From: a bacterium
GTDB taxonomy: Bacteria; Bacillota; SLNR01; JBMNPB01
Assembly (NCBI GenBank): GCA_050943375.1
Contig: JBMNPB010000003.1
Coordinates: 71,918 to 135,917, forward strand
Direction: 5' to 3'
Length of the DNA stretch: 64,000 nt
Part shown: positions 48,967-58,729 of the stretch, one piece after another
Layout: each line of letters opens with the position of its first letter
Position numbering within the stretch: position 1 is the first letter of the stretch
The notes under the pieces: model-generated
The model's database searches: none
Told to the model about the DNA's origin: nothing
The model's input: only the letters and a program-made list of their open reading frames with translations
Made by a program: the position numbers and the translations under genes

Positions 48967-49713
48967 CCGCAGTTCCCCGCAGACCGGGCAATCCGGATCC
49001 GGGCGGATTCGGATTGACCGGGCTGTGCCGTCGAGGGCGTCGATGGTCAGCAGGCGGCCGGTCAGGGGCTGACCGAACCCAAGGAGTAATTTCAACACTT
49101 CCATTGCTTGGAACGAACCGGCGATTCCCGCTGCCGCCCCGACAACACCCAGTTCCCGCTTCGCCTCCGCCAGCCTTTTCTCCGGGAACACGCAATGGTA
49201 ACATGGTCCCTCGCCCGGCACAATTGTCATCAGAATGGCCGCAAAGCCCAAAACCCCGGCTTCCACCAGCGGTCTTCCGCTCCGGAGACAGGCGCCGTTG
49301 AGCAGATAACGGGTCGGGAAATTATCGACGCACGCGACCACGACATCGTAATTGCCGACGACGTCGTCCACGTTGTCAGCCGTAAGCCGCCCGTCAATCA
49401 CCTCAGTCAAGCAATGCGGGTTAAGCGCCCGCAAAGCGGTCCCGGCCGCTTCTGCCTTCCCCCGGCCGACATCGGCGGCGGTATACAGGATTTGCCGCTG
49501 CAAATTGGAGATTTCCACCTGGTCGGAGTCAACGATACCCAATGTCCCAATTCCCGCTGCCGCCAGATAAAGCGCACAGGGCGAGCCGAGGCCGCCGGCC
49601 CCGACGATGAGCACTTTTGCCTTCTTCAGCCGTTCCTGACCGGCAATACCGATTTCGGACAGGATTAACTGCCGCCGGTAGCGCTCCTTTTCTTCTTCCC
49701 CCAGCATCTCCAT
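48958..49713 (-). CDS. ThiF/MoeB family E1-like adenylyltransferase (molybdopterin or thiamine sulfur-carrier activating)
   Basis: GAGGLGSP nucleotide-binding loop, and CxxC...CxxC zinc motifs (GPCYHC and DCPVCG). Confidence 0.8.
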   Translation of the reverse strand: MEMLGEEEKERYRRQLILSEIGIAGQERLKKAKVLIVGAGGLGSPCALYLAAAGIGTLGIVDSDQVEISNLQRQILYTAADVGRGKAEAAGTALRALNPHCLTEVIDGRLTADNVDDVVGNYDVVVACVDNFPTRYLLNGACLRSGRPLVEAGVLGFAAILMTIVPGEGPCYHCVFPEKRLAEAKRELGVVGAAAGIAGSFQAMEVLKLLLGFGQPLTGRLLTIDALDGTARSIRIRPDPDCPVCGELRLK

Positions 49714-49790
49714 TCACCTCACAATTCTCGGGCCGCCGATTAATAAAAAGTAAAGCTTAAGAGTCGCCTCTTAAGCCGGTCGCCGCATTC

Positions 49791-50645
49791 TCAGAGTATG
49801 AATCGGTCGCCGTCGCTCACCATCCCGAACCCCCGATCCGCTAATTCCGCCCTCATCGCTCCGTCCGTCCGAAGAAGATAGTTGGAATGGTTGAAATGGG
49901 TAAAATAGATGGCGGTATCCTTGGCCAGATGTTGCAGCCGCTCCATGCTGTAAGGAATGAACGGATGGGGAATTTCTTTGATATCGCGGTGCGGCAACTC
50001 CTCCGTCGCATAAAAACAACCGTCAAGAAGCGCGATATCAGCGGCCGCTACCGCTGCCAAAATTGCCTCCGTATAATCATCCATGTCGGGAATGTAGAGA
50101 AGGCGCTTTCGCTCCCCTTCCACCCAGAATCCAACTGTATCGGTGGCATCGTGCCGATGCGGCACAGCCAGCGGAGTGAAGGACAGCCGGGGCGACAACC
50201 GGACGGGCAAGCCCGTTGTCAGTTCTTTGAGGGCAATATTGCCCCGCTGCACCAAATCGCTCAACGGCCGGTTCAATCGCAGATAGCCGGCCATCTCGGC
50301 CGTGCAGTATACCGGCAGTTGCTGCGGCGCGCAGGCTTCTTTTCCGAGATAGCCGAGCCCCCAATAATGCCCAAAATGACCGTGGGTCAAAAATATTCCA
50401 TCCGGCAGATATCTCGTTCCTTGAATATCCCCGCCGGCAGCAGCGCGTAGCATGTCAATCTGACGGCTGAAGTCGGGGGAAGCGTCAATGAAGTAAGTTG
50501 TACCGCTCTCCTCATCACAAAACCCGAGCGAAGGTCCGCGCCGGACTGCAGTGGGATTTTCCCGGGCGTAGGTACAATTCGGGCAATAGCAGGCCACATG
50601 CGGCACACCGCCGTCCTGCCCGGAACCTAATACGATTGCAAACAA
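49791..50645 (-). CDS. PqqB-like MBL-fold metallo-hydrolase
   Basis: VLGSGQDGGVPHVACYCPNCTY...FIDASPD...LTHGHFGHYWGL closely parallels PqqB ([20 protein letters not shown]). Proposed TTG start at 50645, 6 nt after GGAGGTG. Upstream extension in the ORF track rejected. Confidence 0.6.
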   Translation of the reverse strand: MFAIVLGSGQDGGVPHVACYCPNCTYARENPTAVRRGPSLGFCDEESGTTYFIDASPDFSRQIDMLRAAAGGDIQGTRYLPDGIFLTHGHFGHYWGLGYLGKEACAPQQLPVYCTAEMAGYLRLNRPLSDLVQRGNIALKELTTGLPVRLSPRLSFTPLAVPHRHDATDTVGFWVEGERKRLLYIPDMDDYTEAILAAVAAADIALLDGCFYATEELPHRDIKEIPHPFIPYSMERLQHLAKDTAIYFTHFNHSNYLLRTDGAMRAELADRGFGMVSDGDRFIL

Positions 50646-50682
50646 TGCCACCACCTCCATCGCGTTACTTTGCCGGCTGCAA

Positions 50683-51957
50683 TCACTCCGCTTCTTGCTG
50701 CGTGACTTTGATTCGGGTAATCCGGCGCCCTTCCATGGACAGAATTGTAATTTTGAAACCGTCCCACTCAACCACATCGTTTTCTTCCGGTATTCTCTCC
50801 AGACGGCTGAGAACAAAACCACCGATAGTATCAATATCGTGATTGGGTAAAGAGACGGTCAGCAACGCATTGACTTCCTCAATCCGCAGTCCCGCATCAA
50901 GAATATAAGTCCTCTCGTCAACTTTCTCCACCGCCGGCAGCGGCTCCTGGTCGTATTCATCGGCAATATCGCCGACAATTTCTTCAACCAGATCTTCAAT
51001 CGTGACAATGCCGGCCGTGCCGCCATATTCGTCCAAGACGACAGCCATATGAACTTTGCTCTCGCGCATTTCCTTGAACAAACCGTCGATACGTTTCATC
51101 TCCGGCACAAAATAAGCTTCCCGAACATAATCGGCAACCCGGAAAGACTGTTTCCGGGCAGTGTCCAAGTCGAATAAATCTTTAACGTAAACTATCCCGA
51201 TAATATTGTCGATACTGTCCTCATAGACAGGAACCCGGGAAAATTGCTCCTCTTTAAAGATCTCAGCCAGCTCAGCATAGGTGATTTCGGCTTCCACGCA
51301 GACTGCATCTGCCCGCGGCACCATAACATCCCGGACAAAAGTGTCGCCGAACTCGAAGATATTGTGAATCATCTCCTTCTCAGTCGTCTCCAATACTCCT
51401 TCCCGCTGGCCGACATTCACCATTGTCCGCAATTCTTCTTCCGTCAGATAAGACTCTCCCTGCTGCACCGTCCCGCCGAAAAGACGGACTGAGACGTTAG
51501 TTGCCGCAGTAACAAACCGTACAATGGGATAGAGAAAGAAAGTGAGCCACAACAAAGGTTTTGCCGTCCACACCGCCACCTTGTCCGCGTTGGCAGCGGT
51601 GATGACTTTCGGGGCAATCTCCCCGCAGCCAATAATCAGCAATAGCAATCCTCCCACGGCAATCCCAGGACCAGTCCTTTCTCCGTATAAGCGCAGGGAA
51701 AGCACCGTCCCGAGCACCGCCAACAGGATATTCGCAAGATTGTTACCGACCAGAATTGTCCCTAATACCTGATTGCGTTTATTGAGGAGTTTGGCGACAG
51801 CATCCGCCTGTGGGCTATCCTCTTCCGTCCAGTCCTTGATTTCATGCTTTTTGACTATCGTCAGGGCTGTTTCGGCGGCCGAGAAAAAAGCCGAAGCAAA
51901 CAAAAGCAGCAAAAGCATGCCGAAAGACCAAGGGTCACTGGGATCCAAAAATACCAC
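50683..51957 (-). CDS. HlyC/CorC (CNNM) family transporter: DUF21, CBS pair and CorC_HlyC domains
   Basis: 424 aa with an N-terminal 4-TM DUF21, tandem CBS domains and a C-terminal transporter-associated domain. Confidence 0.8.
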   Translation of the reverse strand: MVFLDPSDPWSFGMLLLLLFASAFFSAAETALTIVKKHEIKDWTEEDSPQADAVAKLLNKRNQVLGTILVGNNLANILLAVLGTVLSLRLYGERTGPGIAVGGLLLLIIGCGEIAPKVITAANADKVAVWTAKPLLWLTFFLYPIVRFVTAATNVSVRLFGGTVQQGESYLTEEELRTMVNVGQREGVLETTEKEMIHNIFEFGDTFVRDVMVPRADAVCVEAEITYAELAEIFKEEQFSRVPVYEDSIDNIIGIVYVKDLFDLDTARKQSFRVADYVREAYFVPEMKRIDGLFKEMRESKVHMAVVLDEYGGTAGIVTIEDLVEEIVGDIADEYDQEPLPAVEKVDERTYILDAGLRIEEVNALLTVSLPNHDIDTIGGFVLSRLERIPEENDVVEWDGFKITILSMEGRRITRIKVTQQEAE

Positions 51958-52108
51958 GCTCCTCTGATGTTCTGATATTGTATAGTATTATAACATGCAC
52001 CCGGCAAAACGAAAAGCCCCGCCGGTGTGATTTGCCATTCTTAGTTCTATCGTATCGGTCAGCGTTGAAAGCCGCAAACCGGCATCCGGTCCGCGGCTCG
52101 GGCGGCGC

Positions 52109-52765
52109 TTATTTCAGCCGCCGTTTTTCCAGACGGCGGATACTCTCATTCCGGCCGACAACAACGATGACGTCGTTCGCCGCAATCCGGTCATCAGCCT
52201 GCGGCGGCACGATAATTTTGTCCCCGCGCTTGATAGCCAGGACATTGACGCCGTATTTCTGACGGAATTCCAGTTGCCGCAGATTATTATCGACCATCTC
52301 CGCCGTCGCCACAATCTCAATAATGCTATATTCGGGCGACAATTCGATATAATCAAGAACGGAAGAAGAAATGAGGTTGTGGGCCACCCGCGCTCCCATA
52401 TCCCTTTCCGGAAAAATGACCCGGTCAGCCCCGACCTTAGATAGGATTTTGCCGTGCAGGTCGTTTTGCGCTTTGGCCACCACATAACGGACGCCGAGTT
52501 CCTTCAGAATAAGCGTAGCTATCACACTTACCTCGATGTCGTGACCGATACTGACAACGGCCACGTCAAAGTTCCGCAGTCCCAAAGCCCGCATCGCTTC
52601 TTCATCTGCCGCATCGGCGCAGACGACGTGGGTCGCGGCGGCGGACATCTCCTGCACTTTCTTCTCATCGTTGTCGATTGCCAGCACATCATGACCCAAG
52701 GCGTGCAGATGCTGCAGTACGCTCGCCCCAAACCGGCCCAAGCCAATTACCGCGAACTGTTTCAT
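52109..52765 (-). CDS. trkA: K+ uptake system NAD-binding regulatory subunit TrkA/KtrA
   Basis: MKQFAVIGLGRFG Rossmann motif (RCK_N) with an RCK_C domain; lies downstream of trkH. Confidence 0.85.
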   Translation of the reverse strand: MKQFAVIGLGRFGASVLQHLHALGHDVLAIDNDEKKVQEMSAAATHVVCADAADEEAMRALGLRNFDVAVVSIGHDIEVSVIATLILKELGVRYVVAKAQNDLHGKILSKVGADRVIFPERDMGARVAHNLISSSVLDYIELSPEYSIIEIVATAEMVDNNLRQLEFRQKYGVNVLAIKRGDKIIVPPQADDRIAANDVIVVVGRNESIRRLEKRRLK

Positions 52766-52780
52766 GTTACCTCCTCTTTC

Positions 52781-54142
52781 CTAGCCGACCAAAATTTTCT
52801 CTTCCGGATAATAAATCGACGCCGGACGCCGGGGCTGAGTCAACGCCAGGAACAAGGACAGCGGGCCGACTCGGCCGGCGAACATCGTCAGGCAGATCAG
52901 CAGCTTGCCGGCGACAGAGAGATGCGGCGTAATGCCGGTGGAAAGCCCCACCGTACCGAAGGCGGAGACTGTTTCAAACAGCACCGGCAGAAAGCCGGCG
53001 TGGCCAGCTTCAGTCAGCAGCAAAAGCAACGTGACCAAGATTACCAGCAACAGAGATAGCAGGGCAATCGCCAGCGATTTGCCGACAATATCGTTGGCCA
53101 AGCGTTTTGAGTAGACTTCCACACTTCCCCTGCCGCGGACCAGCGCCAGTAACGTCAGCAGCAAGGTGCCGAAAGTCGTCGTTTTGATGCCGCCGCCGGT
53201 GGAAGCCGGCGAAGCACCGATAAACATGAGCAGAATGGTAAAAAATTGTCCGGCCGTAGTCATCATGCCCGGATTGATGGTATAGAAGCCGGCCGTCCGC
53301 GGGGTCGCGGCAGCGAAATATGCGGACAGCAATTTCCCCCTTAAGGGGAGAGGCGCTAAAGTAGCCGGATTATGATACTCCAAAGCAAACAGCACGGCGG
53401 TTCCCGCCGCTAACAGCAGCGGGGCGATGGCCAGCACCAGCTTGGAATGCAAAGTGAGAATGCGCCAGTTCCGTTTCCGGACAACTTCGGCGATGACGGA
53501 AAATCCAATGCCGCCGAAGATAAACAGGGAACTCAGCGTCAATATAAACGTGCTGTCCCCCGCGTGAGGCATGAAGCTGCAAAACTCCCCGTACTGCCGT
53601 CCCAGCACATCGAAACCGGCATTGCAAAAAGCGGACACGGCATGGAAAATACCGAAAAATAAAGCTGTACCGGGGTCATGTCCGGCCGCAAACCGAAAAG
53701 CCAGGATGGCTGCGCCGATACCTTCCAGCAACAAAGTCAGTCCCACGATATATTTGGTCAGACGGATGACACCGGCCAGAGTGAACTGATTCAATGCTTC
53801 CTGCATTATCAGGCGGCTGCGAAGGCCAATCCGGCTGCCAAGCAAGATGAAAAAGAGGGTTGCCACAGTCATGAAGCCGAGGCCGCCGATCTGGATTAGC
53901 AGCAAAATAACCATTTGACCGAAGCGGGTAAAATAAGAACCGGTATCGACGACTACGAGCCCGGTCACGCAGACAGCCGACGTAGCTGTAAACAAAGCGT
54001 CGACAGGATTGAGACGGCCGGAATTGGTGGCTGCCGGCAGCCGCAGCAAGACGGTCCCGGTCAAGATCATAAGGGCGAAACTGCCGACGATTAACTGGAC
54101 CGGGCTCAGGCGAAGTCCTGCCTTATTTTGCGATGTTTCCAT
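52781..54142 (-). CDS. trkH: TrkH/KtrB family K+ transporter membrane subunit
   Basis: 453 aa and polytopic, with the TrkH family pattern (GFDVLG..., GGIKTTTFG). Confidence 0.85.
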   Translation of the reverse strand: METSQNKAGLRLSPVQLIVGSFALMILTGTVLLRLPAATNSGRLNPVDALFTATSAVCVTGLVVVDTGSYFTRFGQMVILLLIQIGGLGFMTVATLFFILLGSRIGLRSRLIMQEALNQFTLAGVIRLTKYIVGLTLLLEGIGAAILAFRFAAGHDPGTALFFGIFHAVSAFCNAGFDVLGRQYGEFCSFMPHAGDSTFILTLSSLFIFGGIGFSVIAEVVRKRNWRILTLHSKLVLAIAPLLLAAGTAVLFALEYHNPATLAPLPLRGKLLSAYFAAATPRTAGFYTINPGMMTTAGQFFTILLMFIGASPASTGGGIKTTTFGTLLLTLLALVRGRGSVEVYSKRLANDIVGKSLAIALLSLLLVILVTLLLLLTEAGHAGFLPVLFETVSAFGTVGLSTGITPHLSVAGKLLICLTMFAGRVGPLSLFLALTQPRRPASIYYPEEKILVG

Positions 54143-54339
54143 ATCTATGCCTCATCTCACTCATTCATCGCCCGGGCGCCCGGAGCAAACAAATGGCTAC
54201 CCAGAGAATACTATAACCGCTTATAATTTAAACAGATTACGGCCAGAAGAAGGCTGTTTGCTAAGAAAGCCGGAAAAGGGAACACCGACAAAGTAATTGA
54301 GCGGTAAAACCCTCTCTGGCGATTATTCCGATCTGCCTC

Positions 54340-55623
54340 CTACTGTGGACTGACAATGGAAACGGTGACGTTTTCTTCCCGCAGATGTTCTGCAAGCCGC
54401 TCCATCACCGTGTCTTGGTCAGTGGCGGCCAAGACCGGCAAATAATCGGCAAACTCAATGCCTTTGTGAAAGCTGCCAACCATCTCCGAGGCCAGCTTTT
54501 CCGGGGAGTCGAATAATTTCAGCATCGTTCCCATCAACTTACGCTTGGCAAGATCGAAAGCCTCGGCCTTGATACCGGAGCGGCGCAATTCAGTCAGGGC
54601 GGCGAAAATCCGGTCCCGGACCGCTTCCGGTTTGGCGCTTTCCCCGCCGACAATACTGTGCCCGTAGCTGGTGTGAACTTCGAATTCACTATACAGTTCC
54701 GCGTCGAGCAAACCGTCCCGGTAAAGGGAGTTGTATAAATCGGAGCTTTTGCCAAAGACCATCTCCAGCAATACCCGGGTGGACATTTCCCGCCGGAGAA
54801 AAGCCGTCCGGTCCGGCTCCGGCCTGCCGTCCTTGAAACCAAGGAAGAAGAGGGAACGGGGAACCGGCGCTGCCGCGGCAACCAGCTTTTCGGCGACGGA
54901 GGCCGGCTCGGCCGGGAAAACCCGGTCAATCGGCGGTTGTTTGGAATATTCTCGCCGGGACTGATTGCTTTTGATCCGGTCAATTACTTCCGCCGGATTT
55001 AGATCACCGACAATAATTACGGCCATGTTGCTGGGATGATAAAACGTCTGGTAGCAAGTATAAAGCATATCCTTGGTGATGCTGCGCACCGACTCCGCCG
55101 TGCCGGCGATGTTAATCTGAACCGGATGGCGATGGTAAAGACCAGCCAAAAGATTGAAATATACTTTCCAGTTCGGGTTGTCGTCGTACATTCTGATTTC
55201 CTGCTCAATAATCCCTTTCTCTTTTTCCACCGTCGCATCACTGAAATAAGGCTCCTGAACAAAGTCGAGCAGCAATTCCAGACTCGGTGCGAAATTATCG
55301 GTGCAGGAAAAAAGATAGGCAGTCGACATAAAATTAGTGTAAGCGTTAACATAAGTACCAAGTTCCGCAAAAGCATCAAAAACGGTGCCATTCTCTTTTT
55401 CAAACAGTTTATGCTCCAAAAAATGGGCAATTCCATCCGGCACTTCCGTCTCTTGTTTTGAACGCGGTGGGACGAACCGGTTGTCGATTGAGCCGTATTT
55501 GGTAGTGAAGACGGCGTATTTCTCCGCGAAACCTTTCTTGACCATTAATCTGATTTCCAGGCCGTTATCCAATCGCTCACTAATTACTTCCGCCGGCAGG
55601 CCGGCCCGAATCTTCTTTCCCAC
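54340..55623 (-). CDS. M16 family zinc peptidase, active subunit (HxxEH present)
   Basis: HFLEHKLFE inverted zinc-binding motif near the N-terminus; about 427 aa, a typical M16 length. Confidence 0.75.
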   Translation of the reverse strand: MGKKIRAGLPAEVISERLDNGLEIRLMVKKGFAEKYAVFTTKYGSIDNRFVPPRSKQETEVPDGIAHFLEHKLFEKENGTVFDAFAELGTYVNAYTNFMSTAYLFSCTDNFAPSLELLLDFVQEPYFSDATVEKEKGIIEQEIRMYDDNPNWKVYFNLLAGLYHRHPVQINIAGTAESVRSITKDMLYTCYQTFYHPSNMAVIIVGDLNPAEVIDRIKSNQSRREYSKQPPIDRVFPAEPASVAEKLVAAAAPVPRSLFFLGFKDGRPEPDRTAFLRREMSTRVLLEMVFGKSSDLYNSLYRDGLLDAELYSEFEVHTSYGHSIVGGESAKPEAVRDRIFAALTELRRSGIKAEAFDLAKRKLMGTMLKLFDSPEKLASEMVGSFHKGIEFADYLPVLAATDQDTVMERLAEHLREENVTVSIVSPQ

Positions 55624-55625
55624 CG

Positions 55626-56903
55626 TTATTCGCTCCCTTCTTCGTTCCGCAGAAAATAAGTCAGATCTTTTCTGACCCGGCTGCCGACGCGCACAATATC
55701 ATCCACCGTGACCCGCTCGATCGCCGCCGTAATCCCGTCGATACTCCGGGACCGGCCGGTAATGTCATCGAGGAGGGCAAAATTTATCAGCCCATCCGGC
55801 ACATCCCCCGTCTTTTGCAAAGACTGGATTAACAGCCGTTTGCTGTGGATTAGTTCTTCATCAGTCACATTCCCGTTTTCGATCGCGGCAACTTGGTCGT
55901 CAATAATATCTACGGCTTGCTGGAAATTCCCGGCCTCAATACCGGCGCTGACAAAGAGGAGACCTTTTACTACTTCCAACTGGGAAGAAGCGTAATAAGC
56001 AAGACTCGCTTTCTCCCGGACATTGAGAAAAAGCTTGGAATTACCGCCGCCGCCCAGAACACTATTGTAGACAAGCATCGTTACATAATCGTCGTCGACA
56101 ATGCTTGTTCCCGTCCGGTAACCGATGACCAGTTTGCCCTGGCTTACAGGCTCTTTCTCCACGATCGTATCTTGCCGGGCGGGCGCGGTAACAACCTCAG
56201 TCGGCCGCATCGCTGCCGCCTCCGTCCTGGGAAAACGGAAATGCTCCTGCGCCGCTGCCGTCACCGCCGCTTCGTCCACATCCCCGATCACGTAAAGGGA
56301 TATCGGATTGGCGGCAATTATTTGCCGGTAATATTCGGTCAGCTCAACCGCGGTAATGCCGTCCAGACCGTCGGCCGTGCCGTATTGGTAATAACGGAAA
56401 AGCTCATCCCGGCACATCTCCTCGATGCAGCGCTTAACGGAATAGAGGCGCTTATCATTAATCAGACTGCGAATCTGCTGGGATAAATTCTGCTTCTCCT
56501 GTTCCACATATTGCCCGACAAAATTGCCGCCGGCCAGTCTGGGGCGGAGGAGGATTTCGGCCAACAGCCGCAATCCCTCTTCCCAAACCTCTTCTTGGGC
56601 CCCGAAATGCTTTGAGTCGGCCAGTTCCAGACGGAAATTCATCAGCTGCCGTTCGCCTTTTTTCTGCATACGCTTGGATAATTCGGCTCCGTAAAGACTA
56701 TCCAGATGCTTGCCGATCACCTGCATCGTCGGAAATTTTTCCGACCCCTGCAGCAGCACCTGCGGCAGCAAGGCGAGCCAACCGGCATCCGGGCCGAGAT
56801 TGTGGTGAATGAACATCTCAATGGTAATGGTCTTGAATTTGTCCGTCGGCATTATCTTCAATACGATTCCGTTCTCCAGACGGTGGGTGTTGAATGTTTG
56901 CAT
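55626..56903 (-). CDS. M16 family peptidase-like protein, probably non-catalytic partner (no HxxEH)
   Basis: M16 fold pattern but no HxxEH motif was seen. Start set at MQTFNT (ATG 56903), preceded by AGGAGGAG. Operon partner of the downstream M16 gene, as with B. subtilis YmfF/YmfH. Confidence 0.7.
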   Translation of the reverse strand: MQTFNTHRLENGIVLKIMPTDKFKTITIEMFIHHNLGPDAGWLALLPQVLLQGSEKFPTMQVIGKHLDSLYGAELSKRMQKKGERQLMNFRLELADSKHFGAQEEVWEEGLRLLAEILLRPRLAGGNFVGQYVEQEKQNLSQQIRSLINDKRLYSVKRCIEEMCRDELFRYYQYGTADGLDGITAVELTEYYRQIIAANPISLYVIGDVDEAAVTAAAQEHFRFPRTEAAAMRPTEVVTAPARQDTIVEKEPVSQGKLVIGYRTGTSIVDDDYVTMLVYNSVLGGGGNSKLFLNVREKASLAYYASSQLEVVKGLLFVSAGIEAGNFQQAVDIIDDQVAAIENGNVTDEELIHSKRLLIQSLQKTGDVPDGLINFALLDDITGRSRSIDGITAAIERVTVDDIVRVGSRVRKDLTYFLRNEEGSE

Positions 56904-57031
56904 ATTTATCTCCTCCTGCCAACTAAAGTCAGGCCCGCTCCTTTTATTCTTTCTCACGTACAGTATTATTATCTTAACCGGGCAAGGGTTTCCCCGTTTT
57001 TGGGCAGAATTAATTATAAAAATAAGAGAGG

Positions 57032-58123
57032 ATGATTCATTTGCAGCCGCGAGTCTTAATCCGGGAAGCGGAGTACGCCGACTGCCAGCCGGCAGTTGAC
57101 GCCATCTTTGCCGCCTTCCGACCGTCTCTGGCCGGGAAAAAAGTGTTAATCAAACCGAACGTTCTTCGCATCGCTACGCCTGAGGAAGCAGTCACTACCC
57201 ATCCCGCCGTCCTGCGGGCAGTCATTGCCGCGGTTGAGCGGCTGTCGCCGGCTCAAATCACCGTCGGAGACAATCCGGGCGCGGCCAGTTACGGGGAGAA
57301 CCGGCAGTCCTTCGCCGCCTGCGGTCTCCTGGAGGCAGCCGGACCATATTATGAAAATCTCAGCGGCCGGGTCAGAGAGATCACCCTGCCGTCCCGTTTC
57401 CTGCCCCGGGCGGTCGTTCCGGAAGCTCTCTTGGAAGCTGATTACGTGATTAATGTGCCGAAATTCAAAACGCACGGGCTGACCGGCATCACCGCCGCGG
57501 TCAAAAACTGTTTCGGCTATCTCCCGGGAGCTCAGAAAGCGAATATGCATTTAATCGCCGGTAATCCTTTCGATTTTGCCGAAGCTCTCCTGGATATCTT
57601 CGCCATTCGTCCACCCGATCTGGGAATTGTCGATGGCATTCTCGCCATGGAAGGCAATGGGCCAGCCGGCAAAGACATCCGCCAACTGGGGCTAATTCTC
57701 GGGGGGACCGACATGATTGCCCTTGATGCGGTCATCGGTAAAATAATGAATTTCCCGGACGGTTCCATCCGGACAACCGTCCTCGGCGGCGAAAGAGGCT
57801 TCGGTGAAAGCGATATTGCCCGGATCACTGTCGACGGTCCGATGCGAACAATTGAGGATTATCTGCACCCGGAAGGTTTTCTGAAGCCGGCCGGCGGCTC
57901 AGCCGATTTCTGGCGCCGCCTCCGCTCCCTGCGTCCGGTTGTAACGGCCGACCTATGCATCGGCTGCGGGCGGTGCGTCAACGAATGCCCGGCCGGTGCT
58001 TTGCTGCTGGACGGTTTGCCAATCGTCGATGCCCCAAAATGTATCACTTGCTTTTGCTGCCAGGAAAAATGCCCGACCCGGGCCATCGAATTGCGGGAGC
58101 CGGCGGAAGAGAGAAAGCCGTAA
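57032..58123 (+). CDS. DUF362 domain protein with C-terminal 4Fe-4S ferredoxin-type cluster motifs
   Basis: Central region characteristic of DUF362 (assignment from memory). C-terminal CIGCGRCVNECP plus CITCFCCQEKCP, i.e. two CxxCxxCxxxCP motifs. Confidence 0.6.
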   Translation: MIHLQPRVLIREAEYADCQPAVDAIFAAFRPSLAGKKVLIKPNVLRIATPEEAVTTHPAVLRAVIAAVERLSPAQITVGDNPGAASYGENRQSFAACGLLEAAGPYYENLSGRVREITLPSRFLPRAVVPEALLEADYVINVPKFKTHGLTGITAAVKNCFGYLPGAQKANMHLIAGNPFDFAEALLDIFAIRPPDLGIVDGILAMEGNGPAGKDIRQLGLILGGTDMIALDAVIGKIMNFPDGSIRTTVLGGERGFGESDIARITVDGPMRTIEDYLHPEGFLKPAGGSADFWRRLRSLRPVVTADLCIGCGRCVNECPAGALLLDGLPIVDAPKCITCFCCQEKCPTRAIELREPAEERKP

Positions 58124-58138
58124 TCCTTCTCATTCTTA

Positions 58139-58729
58139 TCAGTCGCCGGTCCGGTTGAGATGGCGTCTGATATAACGTCTCATTTCCGCGAAATCTCTTT
58201 CCGGACAGACAAGACTGAATATTTTGGAACCGGCACCCAAAAAGATAATGCTTTCTCTCGTTTCCATATTGTCGAAACGGCTCCAGGGGTAAAACCCCAT
58301 GTTCCGGTTCATGTACGGCGGGAACCAATTGAGAACGAACAGACCTTCCTCAGTCAGGATATAGTCGGGACGGTACAGGCCGGCCAGAAACGTGTACAGG
58401 GAAAGGGACAGAAAGACCAACAGCAAGGCGACGCTCCAAGTGAACCGGTCTACTAAATATCCGATGCCCATGACCACAATGGCGAGCACGGCAAGGCCCT
58501 TGAATTCATTGTTCTGCGCCGCCGCCACGGAGTCAACCCATTGTTTGCTGGAAGGATTGTAACGGCGGTAATATTTCTTCTTGGGCAAAAGCGAAAATGT
58601 AAGATAATAACGATGGATTGCCGCAAAACAGAAGTTCAGCCCGACCATGCCGAGCGAGAGGAGAAAAGACTGAGGCAAAAGCCCCTGGACTTGCAGCACA
58701 TTCTTAATAATGTCCAATTCAGTACTCAC
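58139..58729 (-). CDS. Hypothetical membrane protein (196 aa, about 4 TM segments)
   Basis: ORF with hydrophobic segments and no recognised family. Confidence 0.4.
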   Translation of the reverse strand: MSTELDIIKNVLQVQGLLPQSFLLSLGMVGLNFCFAAIHRYYLTFSLLPKKKYYRRYNPSSKQWVDSVAAAQNNEFKGLAVLAIVVMGIGYLVDRFTWSVALLLVFLSLSLYTFLAGLYRPDYILTEEGLFVLNWFPPYMNRNMGFYPWSRFDNMETRESIIFLGAGSKIFSLVCPERDFAEMRRYIRRHLNRTGD

